Source: Felis catus
Taxonomy: Eukaryota
DNA length: 64,000 nt
NCBI RefSeq assembly: GCF_018350175.1
Contig: NC_058368.1
Span: 186,498,001-186,562,000, forward strand
Direction: 5' to 3'
The position numbers were made by a program, and so were the translations under genes. A model generated the notes under the pieces. That model was not told the DNA's origin and made no database searches. It worked only from the letters and a program-made list of their open reading frames with translations. Each line of letters starts with the position of its first letter. Position 1 is the stretch's first letter. Below, piece by piece: positions 13,268 to 26,753 of this stretch.

Positions 13268-13684
13268 GTGTAAAGAATGGTGTTGTGGTTTTGTCTCTAA
13301 GCAACTAGAGAAAAGAGATTTGTCACTGAGATTTTCTCATTGATTTTGTGCTTCGTCACCATTTTCATTTATGTTTGGTGGTACATTGTGATGAAACCAA
13401 TTTGAAAATACCAACAAATATCAAAAGCAAAAATTACCCATATCCCTATTATTTTATTAAAACTGTGTTTTAATTTGTATTACCTTCTAGCTCTCGTCTA
13501 TTAGTTTATTCATGTTTTACACATTGCACTTGTTTTGTAGAGATAATTTTATAGTCTATATTTTCACTTAACACACCATGCATATTTTTACAGATTTATG
13601 CTTTCTTTATAAAAAATACACATCTCTACTACCACCAGTGTAAACTGGTGGGTATTTTTCCTCGATCTTACAAACATATAATGA

Positions 13685-13904
13685 GGGGCGCCTGGGTGGC
13701 TCAGTTGGTTAAGCGGCCGACTTCGGCTCAGGTCATGATCTCACAGCCCGTGAGTTCAAGCCCCGCATCGGGCTCTGTGCTGACGGCTCAGAGCCTGGAG
13801 CCTGTTTCAGATTCTGTGTCTCCCTCTCTCTGACCCTCCCCTGTTCATGCTCTGTCTCTCCCTGTCTCAAAAATAAATAAAAATGTTAAAAAAAAATTAA
13901 AAAA
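13685..13904 (+). mobile_element. CAN-SINE (SINEC_Fc type), young
   Basis: ggggcgcctgggtggctcag head, CT tract, A tail; perfect TSD aaacatataatga. Confidence 0.95.
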
Positions 13905-14030
13905 AAACATATAATGAATATATTGACATTTTATTTTTTATTCATTCTGAGAAACTATTTTTAAATATATTTTATAGATTATTAGTCATAATTATAGCTA
14001 TAGATTATTTAAAAATAAACTTACTTAATC

Positions 14031-14246
14031 TTTTAAATTTTCCTTTTAATGTTTATTTATTTTTGAGAGAGATAGAGCACAAGCAGGGGAGAGGCAGAGA
14101 GAGAGAGGGAGACACAGAATACAAAGCAGGCTCCAGGCTCTGAGCTGTCAGCATAGAGCCTGATGCAGGGCTCGGACCCATGAACCATGAGATCATGACC
14201 TGAGCCGAAGTTGGACGCTTAACTGACTAAGCCACCGGGTACTCCC
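14031..14246 (-). mobile_element. CAN-SINE
   Basis: T tail, GA tract, ggctccaggctctgagctgtcagc...gagatcatgacctgagccgaag. Confidence 0.92.
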
Positions 14247-14551
14247 ATATTTACTTTTACTTTTGCACCATTAACAATAATATATAAATCACATACAAAA
14301 TAGAGAACTGGATTTAAGTAGCGTATAAATGGAAATTTTAAAAAATGATATATCAAGTTGACTCGTATTTACACAGCCACTCTTTACTGTTTCTATTCTG
14401 ATATTAATCGGTTTTTCCAAAATCAATTTACACTTTTCAGATGACAAAAATACTTAGGAACAGTTAAAAGAGGAACAAGAAGCAGGGGTTATGAGTTTTT
14501 AAAACACAAGATTTATGTGCATTTCATTTGCATTATATATATACGTGTGTG

Positions 14552-14558
<7 letters not shown>

Positions 14559-14594
<36 letters not shown>
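14559..14594. repeat. (AT)n microsatellite
   Basis: Seen directly. Confidence 0.95.
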
Positions 14595-14597
<3 letters not shown>

Positions 14598-16857
14598 TAT
14601 ATGCAAGGAGAGACATGGCTTTATGTTATCCTGCCCCCATTTATATGGAAAAATATAGGAATGTCTTTCGCCCATTGGCTCTTGCTGGTGCTCATTTTGT
14701 TAACATTCTATCGGCATTTTTATTGCCAAGTCTTATTTTCCTTGCACTATAATTTGGCCCCTACTGCCCACTTACTTGCCAAGAGGTCTTAACTTAGAAG
14801 TAATTGGCAATTGAAGCTAAAATAACTTCTCTCCTAACACAATAGCAACAATTAATGAAGTTTTAAAGGTGAATCTACCTGTATCTTAGAAAAGTGATAC
14901 AAAAGTAAGCCATAGAGGAAGATCGGAGATTTTGAGGTGTACAAATTCATGGAAAGTGCCCAGCACGATGCCAGACAATTAGTAGATGCTTGCCAAACAT
15001 GGATTGGCAGAATTGGTTGAAGGGGTAGTTGAAGGACTTCAGTACATCAAGCTACCAGGAAGTGTTTATCAAGGGCTAACTTAAGCAGCACTCTACCAGT
15101 TAAGCTGGATTGTGGAAGGATGGGAAATGGGACTAAGGTACTTTCTAGAGTCAAGAAAGATTAATCTTACTGCCTGAAGAGGGAGGTGAGGGTTGATGGA
15201 GAGAAGAGTGTTTCAGATGGTGGGAGAGGAGACTGATATGTCTCTCAGGTAAAAGAGTCAAAATAAAAAATTGGGAATCAAGTTTTACAGTGATTGTCAA
15301 ATTTTTCTGTGCAGTAGAATCTCTGAGTCTAGTGTTAATATTCGTATTTTTAAGGCCCATATTCAGAGTCTGACTCCTCAGTCTAGGATGGTGTTCAGGG
15401 GTCTTCATGTTAAGTTTTCTATGTGACTGACACAGGTACGATCTGAAAGGCACTGTTAGAGGAACATGAATTTTATAGTGAAGTTGGAAGCTGGATAATT
15501 AGTAATAAAAGAATTTGACACCAACTGACTGGCCTCTAGTTGTAATATGGATTTTTACAACAATATAAAGATCTAAGTAGTAAGGGTGGGTGGGATTTGC
15601 AGAAAGAGACTTCGTGGCAAAGAGAGTTGAACTGAACAAATGGAATCAGTGCAATTTGAATAGATGGAAAATTGGAACAGTCCTGTGGGAAAGGGCAGTA
15701 GGGTATATAGACAGCATGAAGAAAACCATTGCATATTAGCAGTAGTAATACTGCAAAAATATAAATTTAGGGTGTGTATGACTATCTTAATGCTCACAGA
15801 AATCCAATGACCTAGATAATAGTATTATCATCTTCTTTTAGAAATGCAGAAACTAACAACTGGATAGATTATATAATTTCTAAGATTTCACAGCTAATGT
15901 AAGTGGATCAGAATGGTAGGGTGCATATGGAGGGTATGAATATGTAGAGTGAAACTTCATTGCATAGGATCTTGATGGCTCTGCAGAAGAGACCTTGGGA
16001 TTTCTTGGGTGGGTGCTCTGACACTGTGAGAGAGCCTTAAGCATCTTCACAAGGAACAAAGTTAAAGGCAGAAAACACTTCATAAAGGAAGTATGAGAAC
16101 ATTGAAAAACATTTTCCAGATCTGATTTCTATTTTTATAAAATGTCCTTTGGAACTTCCACAATAATTTTATTGACACACATCATTAAAATGATCGCAGT
16201 TCTGTATTTAAAAAGAACAAAGGTTGAACAATGGTTGCAAAATGGTGGAGGGATGAGCACCTAGCACAGTGTTTGATACTATGAAAAAATTAATAATAGC
16301 TGTATTGATTATTTAGTTTTAAGATGTCTGAAAAATATCAGAAATACTTATATTTTAATATACATTTCATGGTAATATGATTTCGCTATCCTTGTTTAGA
16401 AAGGTAGCTATGTAATTGGTGGTTAGTAATAGTAGCATTACACGTTACATATAGGGACAATGGCACTGAATAGCTCCTTATTAATTATTTATGGCTGCCT
16501 AATTATAATTCTTGAAGTATGTGGTTAAACTTTAGGCCTCAGTGATTAACCAAACATCTTGAGGTTGCTCCTCTAAAGATCAATAATTCAGTGCCTAATT
16601 GGTAGAGACCATTGCATCAAAAACATTTTTATAAAATGTTTATCTCTAGACTTTTACATAGTTTATTAAATTAAATAGTTTTTAAAAGACACGTCTCACT
16701 CAACTATGTTATTTTTTATTTTAAATAGAAATGATGGTTGCATCATGAGAATTAATCTACTTGACTTGCTTAATAAATGTGTATTTATCTAGCTATGAAC
16801 TAATACATAATGTTCACTATCAAACATACTCAAAGTAGAGATTTAAAGAGGATTTGA

Positions 16858-17057
16858 GGGCACCTGGGTGGCTCAGTTAGTTGAGCATCCAAGTCTTGAT
16901 TTGGGCTCCAGTCATGATCTCACAGTTGTGTGAAATGAAAGCCCACTCCCACATTGGGCTTTATGCTGACAACACGGAGGCTGCTTGGGATTCTCTTTCT
17001 CCCTCTTTCTCTGCCCCACCCCCCATCTTTCAAAAGCAATAAATAAATAAACTTAAA
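16858..17057 (+). mobile_element. CAN-SINE (older)
   Basis: gggcacctgggtggctcag head, tail aataaataaacttaaaa; TSD agaggattt. Confidence 0.9.
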
Positions 17058-19014
17058 AGAAGAGGATTTTATAAAATATATATAAAGTTATATTTGCATC
17101 TCATGGTCATCTTGACACTGGTTTAGGGTTTTGCATTTTCTATGAAAATAGCGATACAGTGAATAATAATGGAAATTAAAGGTCATTTTATTCTTCATTA
17201 TTATCCTGCTAAGGGGAAATATTGGATAGTATGGCTTGGAATATAGATAATTGAAAGGTGACTTTTTTCTGTGGAAACAGTCCCATTTATTCCTGCCTTC
17301 CAATTTCTAAAGCATCAACATAGAACAAGTAATATTTTAGAGAGTGTGCTGTTCCTCCCTTCCAGGAGGGAGCATTTGTTTTAAAGTAATTATTGAATCT
17401 TCTTGCTTCTTAGGACTACTGTTTAAATGGATTTTACAAGGGACTGTATAATCAGACAGGTAGCTCTTAAATAATCATGCAAAGATCATCTTTACAAATT
17501 GTCTTATTTTGTGAGGCTGTTGACATTTCATCAACTGTAGATGTTTCAGGAAATATTTTTAACATTAATCTTTAAAGAATGATTTATAGGCCATTTTAAG
17601 GAATATCATAAATAAGAAGGAGAGTTGTCAACAGCTTTAAATATAAGTGAATAGGTGCCCATTGTTAGGTTGTAAAATCTAATCACCTTTCTGTATACTT
17701 AACATTGTTGCAGATACTGTGCTCCAAAAAAATGAAATTTAAATATTTTTTTCTGTTTGCTTTCTTTGACCTACAAAGAAACTTAAAGACTTATTTTGTA
17801 AAGACGTATTTCTATTTCTTTTTCCAAATGAGTGTTTGAGTTAATAGACTGCAGACCTCTTGAAGCATTCTCCCATCAGTCAGTTGTGTAAACCTTTCCT
17901 CTTTCAAGCACTGTTAAGCCAGCTCTTTCTTTTGGTGGGGCTGATCTGCTAGGCTGCGTAAATTTGCATCTGGCTTATGTGTTGGAAGAATGCTTTTAAG
18001 TGTTTACTTGAATCATACTAGCTTGTCGGTGTGACAAACCATTTTTCTAACTGAATTCATTAGAGAATACCTTTGTTATTCTAAAAGTCATAATATTTTA
18101 AGTACTTGCCAAATTTACATGTGAGAGATATGTAAAATTACAGAGCATATGAAAAACAGTTTCCTTATTTCCTTCAGATTTTTTTCAGTGCTTTATTTTA
18201 GACTGCTTGTTGGAGGCTAAGTTCTGTTCTATAAGAAATCTGAATAAAATCATTTTGCCAATTGCTTTTTAACACTACAGAGTAATATTTTCTGACAAAT
18301 ATATTTATACATATTATAAAATATATATTTTATAAAATATATATATTATAATATGTATATATATATATATATATATATATTTCTCTGGTTATTCAGAAAG
18401 ATCAGCTTTCATGTTCATATCTTAATTATGCATTTTCTAACAGACCAGGAAACTCTTCCTGTCTATCTATTTAATGAACCATCTTTGAAAGCCACATTTT
18501 AAAATGTCTTTATTTCATTAATTTACCAAACTGACTCTGATCATCATCCCCACCACTAAGGTGGAAATTTGTTGTTTAATGGAACTTTTTCTACTTAGGA
18601 TACTTTAGTCAAAGTGGCAATGCTATAGGTGTGTCTTGGTGTTAAAATTCCCAGATTTGGACAGAATACCTCTTAATTGTTTATGTTCTCATTAAAAAAG
18701 TAGCCACAATCCTAGGGCTCTGGGTTTCCCATTTTGTTGTTGTTTTAGTGCCTAGTGCAAATACGGCAGGAACAAAACTTGATTAAATCAAATGCTGCTG
18801 TGTCTTTGAGCTTTAAAGAGAGAGAGGGACAAAGAGAGATGCAGAGAGGGAGAGGCGAAGAGGGATAGACATATGTATTCCTGTTCTTGAAGAGTGTGTA
18901 ATGTGTTTTCAATAGTTGAGAAATAGCAGAAGGCCTTTTCTACATAGTCACTGTGTCCTTTTAGTATAAATGAATATTTATATATGTAAAGTATGCAACA
19001 AAGATTACCATGAA

Positions 19015-19016
<2 letters not shown>

Positions 19017-19064
<48 letters not shown>
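19017..19064. repeat. (AT)24 microsatellite
   Basis: Seen directly. Confidence 0.95.
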
Positions 19065-19071
<7 letters not shown>

Positions 19072-20902
19072 ATCAGGGACTGTCTCTTTGAATTACGTGA
19101 TATGGAATCAACAATATCAAAATGCATGTGGATTCTTTCTGTACTTTTAAGCATTTGATAATTAATACATATTTTAATTTAAAAAAAGTCAATGAAAGCA
19201 GTTTTGAAAAATTACAGTATACCTGGAACTGGAATTTGAGCCTGATTTGTCCCCTATCCCATTTATTTTGTGTTTTTCTGAAGTGAAAGAAAAAGGAAGT
19301 TGAAAAAATTGAATGGACCTGCCTCCATCATAATCTCCCAGGATGATTGTTAACAATCCACATTCCAGATTCCCAGATGACTTTTGGGAAGCCTACAAAA
19401 CTAAAATAAATAGAACATAAGGAAGTAGGCAATCTAATTCATTGAGAGGTCAGTTAAATTAGTAATTATCACTATGTCAGCATCATTAGAGTTTGTGGAT
19501 AAATTGAAGATTATGATTTACTTTTTTCCTGGCTATTATAAATCCTGTTTCATCACTGAGGAATAAATCCAATTCATGCTTGAAACAAAAATCTGCTCTG
19601 CAAAGGATATGGTAATCTTGAGAATTAAGAACAAAATTAGATCTTGATTAAGTTTTATGACTTTCAGAATGAAGAAAATATCACCCCTTGATACCTTACT
19701 TGTTATTTTAATGAGGTGGTACCTATCTCAGTATCAGAGCATCTCAAAATATTCAGTAGGCTGATGATTAGCATTTGTGTGAAATAATAATTGTGATGTA
19801 TTTCAAGGTCAATCTAAAAACTTCAGTTTGAATACAGTTGTGTTCTTCAAGGTTGAGAACAATATGTGGCTTAAGCAAAATGTTTCTAATTTCTTTTTAT
19901 CTACTTTATCAAATATACAATTGGGTTGATTAAAATCAAACATAAAATTTAGGGTATGTATGTTTTATATATCTAATAATATACACACACACATATAATT
20001 ATTAAGCTCTATGTTTCTTTTGAAAGGTAGCAGTCCTTGAGCTAAAAGTATGTTATTGAATATTTCTAGAGATTATTTCTATAATTATTGTGAAAAAGTC
20101 AGTATTCATATCAAAAGCAGGGACTGGGAGTTCTGGATTTGTCCTGAATTTGTCACTGGTGATAAAACCTTGTACAAAATTCTTGTTCGGCATTTCTGTA
20201 TTTGGAAATTAAGGGAATTAAATGAAAAATTTTTGTCATATTTATTTTGTTAAGTGGGTAAATTTATCTGTTATGTGATTTTCTTAATTTTCTTCCATTT
20301 AAAAAATATTTTCTGTTTTTATCTTGAATTGTTTTTATTTCTTATTTCTGTCCATTACAGAAAAATCAGTAACAGTGTAAACTATAATTAAAAGTGAAGA
20401 TGCCTATTAATATCACCACCCAGATATAAATACTGTTAGCAAAATGATCAGTAAGCCTCCAGACTTCTTGGGAGGTATATGAAATATTATCAGATGGTAT
20501 CAGACATCATGTTTTATGATTTTTGCTCTTAATATTTTGTGAACATCTTTTGATGACATCTAAAATTTTTCTACAACATAATATCCAAGGGTTGCATAGA
20601 ATTTCATTGATTTTATTAAATCAATCCTATTTTGACAGACATTATGATTATTTTGTGGATTTTTAGTATCATGAATGAAAGTATATAAAACAATCATGTA
20701 TTGTCAGATTTGACAGATAGGTAGATAAATGGATAGATATTTGTCACAGTAAAATTTAATGAAATAGTCTATCCTTTCCCTATTATTTGAAATCTTGTCT
20801 TTATCATATAGGAAATCTCATCTGTCCTTAGGTCTATGTTTTTACTCTGTAATTTGCCTCATTAATATTTCTGTCTCTCCATCTTTCTCTCTCTCCCTCT
20901 CT

Positions 20903-20904
<2 letters not shown>

Positions 20905-20934
<30 letters not shown>
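20905..20934. repeat. (GT)n microsatellite
   Basis: Seen directly, preceded by a CT tract. Confidence 0.95.
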
Positions 20935-20937
<3 letters not shown>

Positions 20938-21371
20938 GTGTAAGCATAATATGGTTTTAATTATTTTAACCTTAAATATCAAGGCAAATCTCCCCTCATT
21001 ATGTTTCTATTTATTTATACTTAACCATTATGAGATAGTTACACTTTCATACATTTATACCATTTATACATAGTCTGCTGTGTCCTTCAGTAAAATTATA
21101 GTTTTCTACATGGAACTCTTGCACATTTCTTGTTAAATTTATTCCCATAGGCGTTACATAATTCTTGTTAAATTAATTCTTAAATACTTTACAGTTTGTA
21201 TGGTTATGGCGATTAGGATTTTTATATCCAATTATTATTTTTGATTCTTGGCCAAAAGAACAAATGCCAAGTAACCATCTGAGAAGGGTGTTTTTTATCT
21301 TTACCACTCCGAGTACCATTTCCATTGCAATTTATGCATGAAATACCTTTGGTATCAGTAACCTGTTTGAA

Positions 21372-21416
21372 TAGATAGATAGTTAGATAGATAGATAGAT
21401 AGATAGACAGATAGAT
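21372..21416. repeat. Imperfect (GATA)n tetranucleotide repeat
   Basis: Seen directly. Confidence 0.9.
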
Positions 21417-22544
21417 ATTGTGCACTTTTTCAGTTTATTATTCCTAACCAACTTAAACATTTAAAATAATTGTTTTATTTCCATTTCAATCTCCAACATA
21501 GGATTGACTTACTTGGTCCCATAAAACCAACATGAATTAACATTGAAGGTGCAGTCTTCCATTCTTTACCCCAATGAGGTTCATAAAATTTAGATTTAAA
21601 GCTAAAGTCTCCTTTTAATATATCCCCTTTTTATCTTGCATACTGCAAACCTTGTGAAAATAAGAAACCCTTTTTTGCTGTAAACCAAATCATCATCACA
21701 TGATACATTTAAACTCTGGTATCTATTACTTGATATATGTATGGATGATTTAATTACAGACAGTTGAAGAGGGCATGTTTTATGTTGAGGGCAGATACAA
21801 CCAGAGAATAAAACAATGTTAACTGACACAGTGTGTGAATACAGCCACAAATACCTTTTTCAGAGTGAAGACTTGTCTGGATTTAATACTAAACCTAATT
21901 GACCTTGAATCATACTTGATCACTAAATATTGAAAACGGTAAAGGTTAGGCTTTCCCATTATGGTAGTCTAAGTTCATAAGTGATTTGACCATCTTAAAT
22001 ACACTGACTTATCAATCTGCTTTACTGAGCAGTTTTTAGATTTCATGTTGAATCCTTCAGCTAAGAATAGTTTAGTTGTGCATGAAGTTAGAGATTACTA
22101 TGTTAAATTTTAGGGAAAACATAGAATACCATATACATTTTAGGGAATTATAGTGTCTCCTTGGTTGAGTTGTAACTTTTGTATTGGTTAAGTCAGAAGT
22201 GCCTTTAAGAAAAAGCAAAAACACAGATGGAGGAGGACTTTCTACAAATTAGTCCAGCATTGTCAATAGCATATGGTATTTGGCTGTCACATACATAGAT
22301 ACACACACATACATACATAAAATAGAGTATAACTTTTTTTCTGTTTAAATAAGAACTTCTAACCTTCACATTGAATTATTTGATGTTGGTAAATTTAAGT
22401 TAGCTGCATTAGTAGATGGGGATATCATATGAAATAGCAATGCCACATACATCAGTTTGAAAAGACTATATATCCTTGGACAGGAAAATGTGTTTCTTGT
22501 AAATAAACATAGGAAAACTAAAGTAAGGGTAGAATTCCATGCTG

Positions 22545-22552
<8 letters not shown>

Positions 22553-22586
<34 letters not shown>
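22553..22586. repeat. (GT)n microsatellite
   Basis: Seen directly. Confidence 0.95.
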
Positions 22587-22588
<2 letters not shown>

Positions 22589-22950
22589 TAGATGGATGTT
22601 TTTAATATTAAAATATTGATGTGTTACACATCAGTGAATTTAGGCTTCTGACTGATGTATCAAGTAAGGCTTGATCTTTTGACAAATGTGTTTTGGTTCT
22701 GTTTATTTTCATAAAAAATACAGGTACAGTACTAATATAAATAGAAAACTTACTAGCACAATTAAAAGGAATCCGATTCTTAATTGTCTATAGATTTATT
22801 GTCCATTCTAAAAGATAATGATAAAATTTATCTTCAAAGATATATTGTAGAAATTTTTATTTTTTAAACTGGACTTTAGTGAGACATGCTTTGATAATCA
22901 TGCTCATCTTTATTCAGCTAGTTTTGGCCAAAAGATTATTGATATTTTAG

Positions 22951-23331
22951 AGGAAGGGCCTATACTTGCCTATTTTTATAAATAAACTTTTATTGGAATG
23001 CACCCATGCCCATTTGGTTAGATATTATCGATACCTGCTGTTGCAATTTATTTGTTTTTAATGTTTATTTTGAGAGAGAGAGAGAAAGAGAGAGAGAGAG
23101 AAAGAGAGAGAGAATCCCAAGCAGGCTCCACACTCAGCGTGGAGCCTGATGCAGAGCTTGATCCCATGATAATGGGATCGTGGCCTGTGTGCTCAACCCA
23201 CTGAGCTACCCAGGTGCCCCTGCTTTTGCATTTTAAATGCAGAGTTGAGTAGTTACAACAGAGACAATATGGCCTACAAAATCCAAAATATTTACTCTTT
23301 GGTCATCACAGAAAAAAATTTATGACTCCTG
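22951..23331 (+). mobile_element. MER58A-like hAT MITE interrupted by a SINE
   Basis: aataaacttttattggaatgcacccatgcccatt ... gcagagttgagtagttacaacagagac...aaaatatttact...acagaaaaaaatttatgactcctg. Confidence 0.8.
23048..23220 (-). mobile_element. CAN-SINE nested in MER58A
   Basis: Ends caggtgcccc; imperfect TSD tgctgttgca/tgcttttgca. Confidence 0.9.
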
Positions 23332-23559
23332 TTTCAGAACAATAAGTATGGTATGAATATAAGTACTCTGGATATAAACCAATAGAAGATGGAGCATGTG
23401 AAATTGCATATCTATTGTTCTTGCTTATGTATCTGTTTCAACTTTACTTAAATGAGAGATGGTTCAAATTAAAAAAAGAATGTATTGAAAATGTGATTTA
23501 ATGAAGAAGTATATTTTTGCTATTTAAGATTATGGAAAGCATAAAAAGGAAAACATCTT

Positions 23560-23985
23560 GTGGCTCCTGGGTGCTCAGTCAGGTTAAGCGAAAGACTTCT
23601 CAGGTCATGATCTCATGTTTCATGAGTTCAAGCCTCACATCTGGCTGTCTGCTGTCAGAACCTCCATCTCCCCCACCCCTCTCTGCCCCTCCCCAGCCCC
23701 TGTGTGTGTGCTCTCTCACGCTCTCAAAAATAAACAATTTATTTAATAAATATATAAATAATTTATTTTTGGGAGCATGAGAGAGCGAGTAATGGGGAGG
23801 GGCAGAGAAAGAGGGAGAGAGAGAGAAAATCCCAAGCAGACTCGGCACTATCAGTGTGGATCCTGGTGCGGGGATCACACTTATGAGCCAGGAGATCATG
23901 ATCTGAACTGAAATCAAGAGTTGGATGCTTAACTGACTGAGCCACCCAGGATCCCCAAAATAAATAAACATTTTTTAAAAAAGGA
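23560..23985 (+). mobile_element. CAN-SINE whose A tail is split by a second SINE
   Basis: ggctcctgggtgctcagtcaggttaagcg...caggtcatgatctc; the tail resumes at 23958 (aaaataaataaacatttttt). Confidence 0.85.
23745..23957 (-). mobile_element. CAN-SINE, antisense, nested in the tail of the previous SINE
   Basis: ggggaggggcagagaaagagggagagagag...cttaactgactgagccacccaggatcccc. Confidence 0.9.
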
Positions 23986-25164
23986 AAATAACCTTTGTAT
24001 TAAAATTGGGAGAATTATAGAAAATAATGTGAAGCTTTTTGTTTCATATTAATTATTCTTAGATTTGCTTTTTAATATTGTTTATAAAAAGAAAAGTTAT
24101 AGTAACTTATGTTCAGGTTTGCTTTGTAGTAAGTTGTGGATTTGTATGGCCTAAAAATGTATGGATGCTCCTTGTTAATATATTGATTAATGTAAGAATT
24201 AGAATCAAGAAAATCTTTTCTACTCATAGTCCTTAACAGTTTCTCTCTACTGAGAAATGATCCCATTAGATCATTAGATCATGAAGCATCCATTAGACTG
24301 TGCTTCATGAGGTCAGGACCATGTCTGTTTTTTTGACTATTTTAACTACTGGCAGATCTAGCTTAAAAAAGGTCTGACTCATGGAAATTACATAAGAAAT
24401 GAGTTAAGCTAGTGGTAGAATAACATATAATCCCTTTTATTAGTGCTTCTTTCTCTTAAGAAGTTATAGCACAACAAAACCATAGTTTGGTTCAGAAGTT
24501 TTTATCATTGCTTACCTTCAGTCTTCAATTTTTATTCAAGGATATTTTGGTTGATTTTCATAATTTGTTCTAGAAGTCATTGTACAGAGCTCTCACAGTG
24601 GTCATACAGTTATGTTAAGGGTCTACATATCAGTGCTGGTGACAACAGAGTGCTCAGAATTTAAGGAATGGTTCCCAACTTGACATATTTAGATAGTCCT
24701 CATTCCTTTCTGAACTTTGTGGACTAGAATTTATGGCTAGGATTAAAAAAGTAAACCTAAGAGCAGAACAAAGCAGGAGTACCGGATTGTACATAAAATG
24801 AGGTATAATTGTTGTGACTTAACAGCTAATAAATATGCCATAATATTTCAGATGTAAGAGTAGTAAGGAAGTCAACAATGAACTAAGCCTACCAGATAAA
24901 TAAAGTTTAAACCTCAATCCTTGAAAGTCTTTGTTAATGTTGAATGTCTTTGAAATTGGTTGAAATGTATTTAAAGAACAGAATGAGACAATCTGTTTTT
25001 TATTGCTTGATTACAACTAAATACATTTGGTAGTTATGTCTCCAAATACAAGAAGAAATAGTTTTCTTTCTTAAAACTTATAAAGGCAGGTTTGCTTATG
25101 AAAATTTCTAAGAGTATGTTTTTCTTTGACAGTTTTATAAACATTGGTAGCATTTCCTAGTAGC

Positions 25165-25385
25165 TGAAGATCTGGGCTGTGGAATTTTGACTTTTCTTAT
25201 TAGCTATGTAATATGGTCCAAATAACCTAATTCCTTAAATCATCACTTTTCTCATCTATAGAATAGGAATATTGATAGTATCAGCTTCAAAAGAGTATTC
25301 TAAAAATTAAATCATTTAATATACATACAAGGCTTAGTAAAGTTCTTTGCACATAATAAATCTCAATAAATTATATCTATTAATA
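25165..25385 (+). mobile_element. MIR SINE
   Basis: ttattagctatgta...ttctcatctatagaataggaatattgatagta...cacataataaatctcaataaa. Confidence 0.65.
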
Positions 25386-26636
25386 ACATTGTATACATAC
25401 AAATTTAATTTTGGTTGATGCCACAAGCCCTCTGACACATTCATGATTTCAGTTTATGCAGAATGGACACCATATCAAGGGTAATGGTATCTTGAAAAGC
25501 ACATGGTTATTTGATGGTCAAAGAAGCTATGTGCTAGAAAGGAATCCTAGGGCATTAGGCTAGTATTCAGGAGACCTAAATTCTCAGTACGATTCACCTA
25601 CACACTAGTGTGTCATATCAAGTATGTCATTTTATCCCCCCTCTGGACTATAGTTACATTTTTGTGTGTGGTGTGGGGACAGGTGGGGATGAAGGTAATG
25701 AAAAAATGACTAGATTGATATAACCTTCCAGTTCTGAAATCCTGAAAATCTTTGAGTAAAAAAAACCCAGTTTTTTTTTTTAATTCTAAATTCTTAAAGA
25801 TTTGCAACCAAAGTTGGAAAGAACTATGAAAAAAAAAAAAAAAGACAGCTTTGCTTATTAGGCCAGAAAAAAAGCTGACAAACAGTAGTTGTGTTGTTTA
25901 TCAGAAAGTGTTCCTCTTTCTAATGGAATATTTTGCAGTTGTTTTGCAGAATAAGCACTTTGCTAATTCTGTAGAGCTTTAGGGGTATAATCCTCTCAAG
26001 GTGTTCTGTCTGCAGGAGTCTGCTATGAAATTGTTAGATGCTAATACTTCTAGATGCTAATGTTTGTTCATACTTGTGAAAAGAATTTTATTGAGAAGTT
26101 AAAATGCAAGTAAGATACAGCTCTACTCTCTTTCTAAAAGTAATTTTCTTTCTGAATCAAATGTGTCTCATCTTAAGTGTGTGATAATACCTGGGGGGGC
26201 TATTAAATATATGAGACTAACCAGAGCTTTATGTTCAACAGATAAAGATCCAAGGTTCGTATATGGAAAATGACACCCTTCTTATTGGAAATAGCATAAG
26301 ATTTCATCTTGGGAAGTGCAGATGCCCTACAACATAGTTTTATAGCTACTATTTGCTTTCTGTGATGGAAAAAATAAAAGAACTGATTGTACAGTTTAGT
26401 AAGGCTAGAAGGATAACTGTCTTCTCTGATTCACTTGGAAGACATTGCCAAGGTCATTCTCAGAGCACGAAAAACTATTAAAATAAAATACAAATGTTCA
26501 GAATACACGTCCCTTCCTACCTTCAAAGTTTGATTTAGTGCTTTGCCAAGACAGAAAACTAATTTGTTATCATAGGGTTGCTCAGATCTCAACCACAATA
26601 GTTTGGTTTAGAGATGGTCTTTCAACATGCATCATG

Positions 26637-26753
26637 GCTATATATACATGTATATATATATGATATATATATATATATATACATGTATATATATATAATT
26701 ATATATATAATATACATACATATACATATATATATATATATGCATATATATAT
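26637..26753. repeat. Imperfect (TA)n low-complexity tract
   Basis: Seen directly. Confidence 0.9.
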
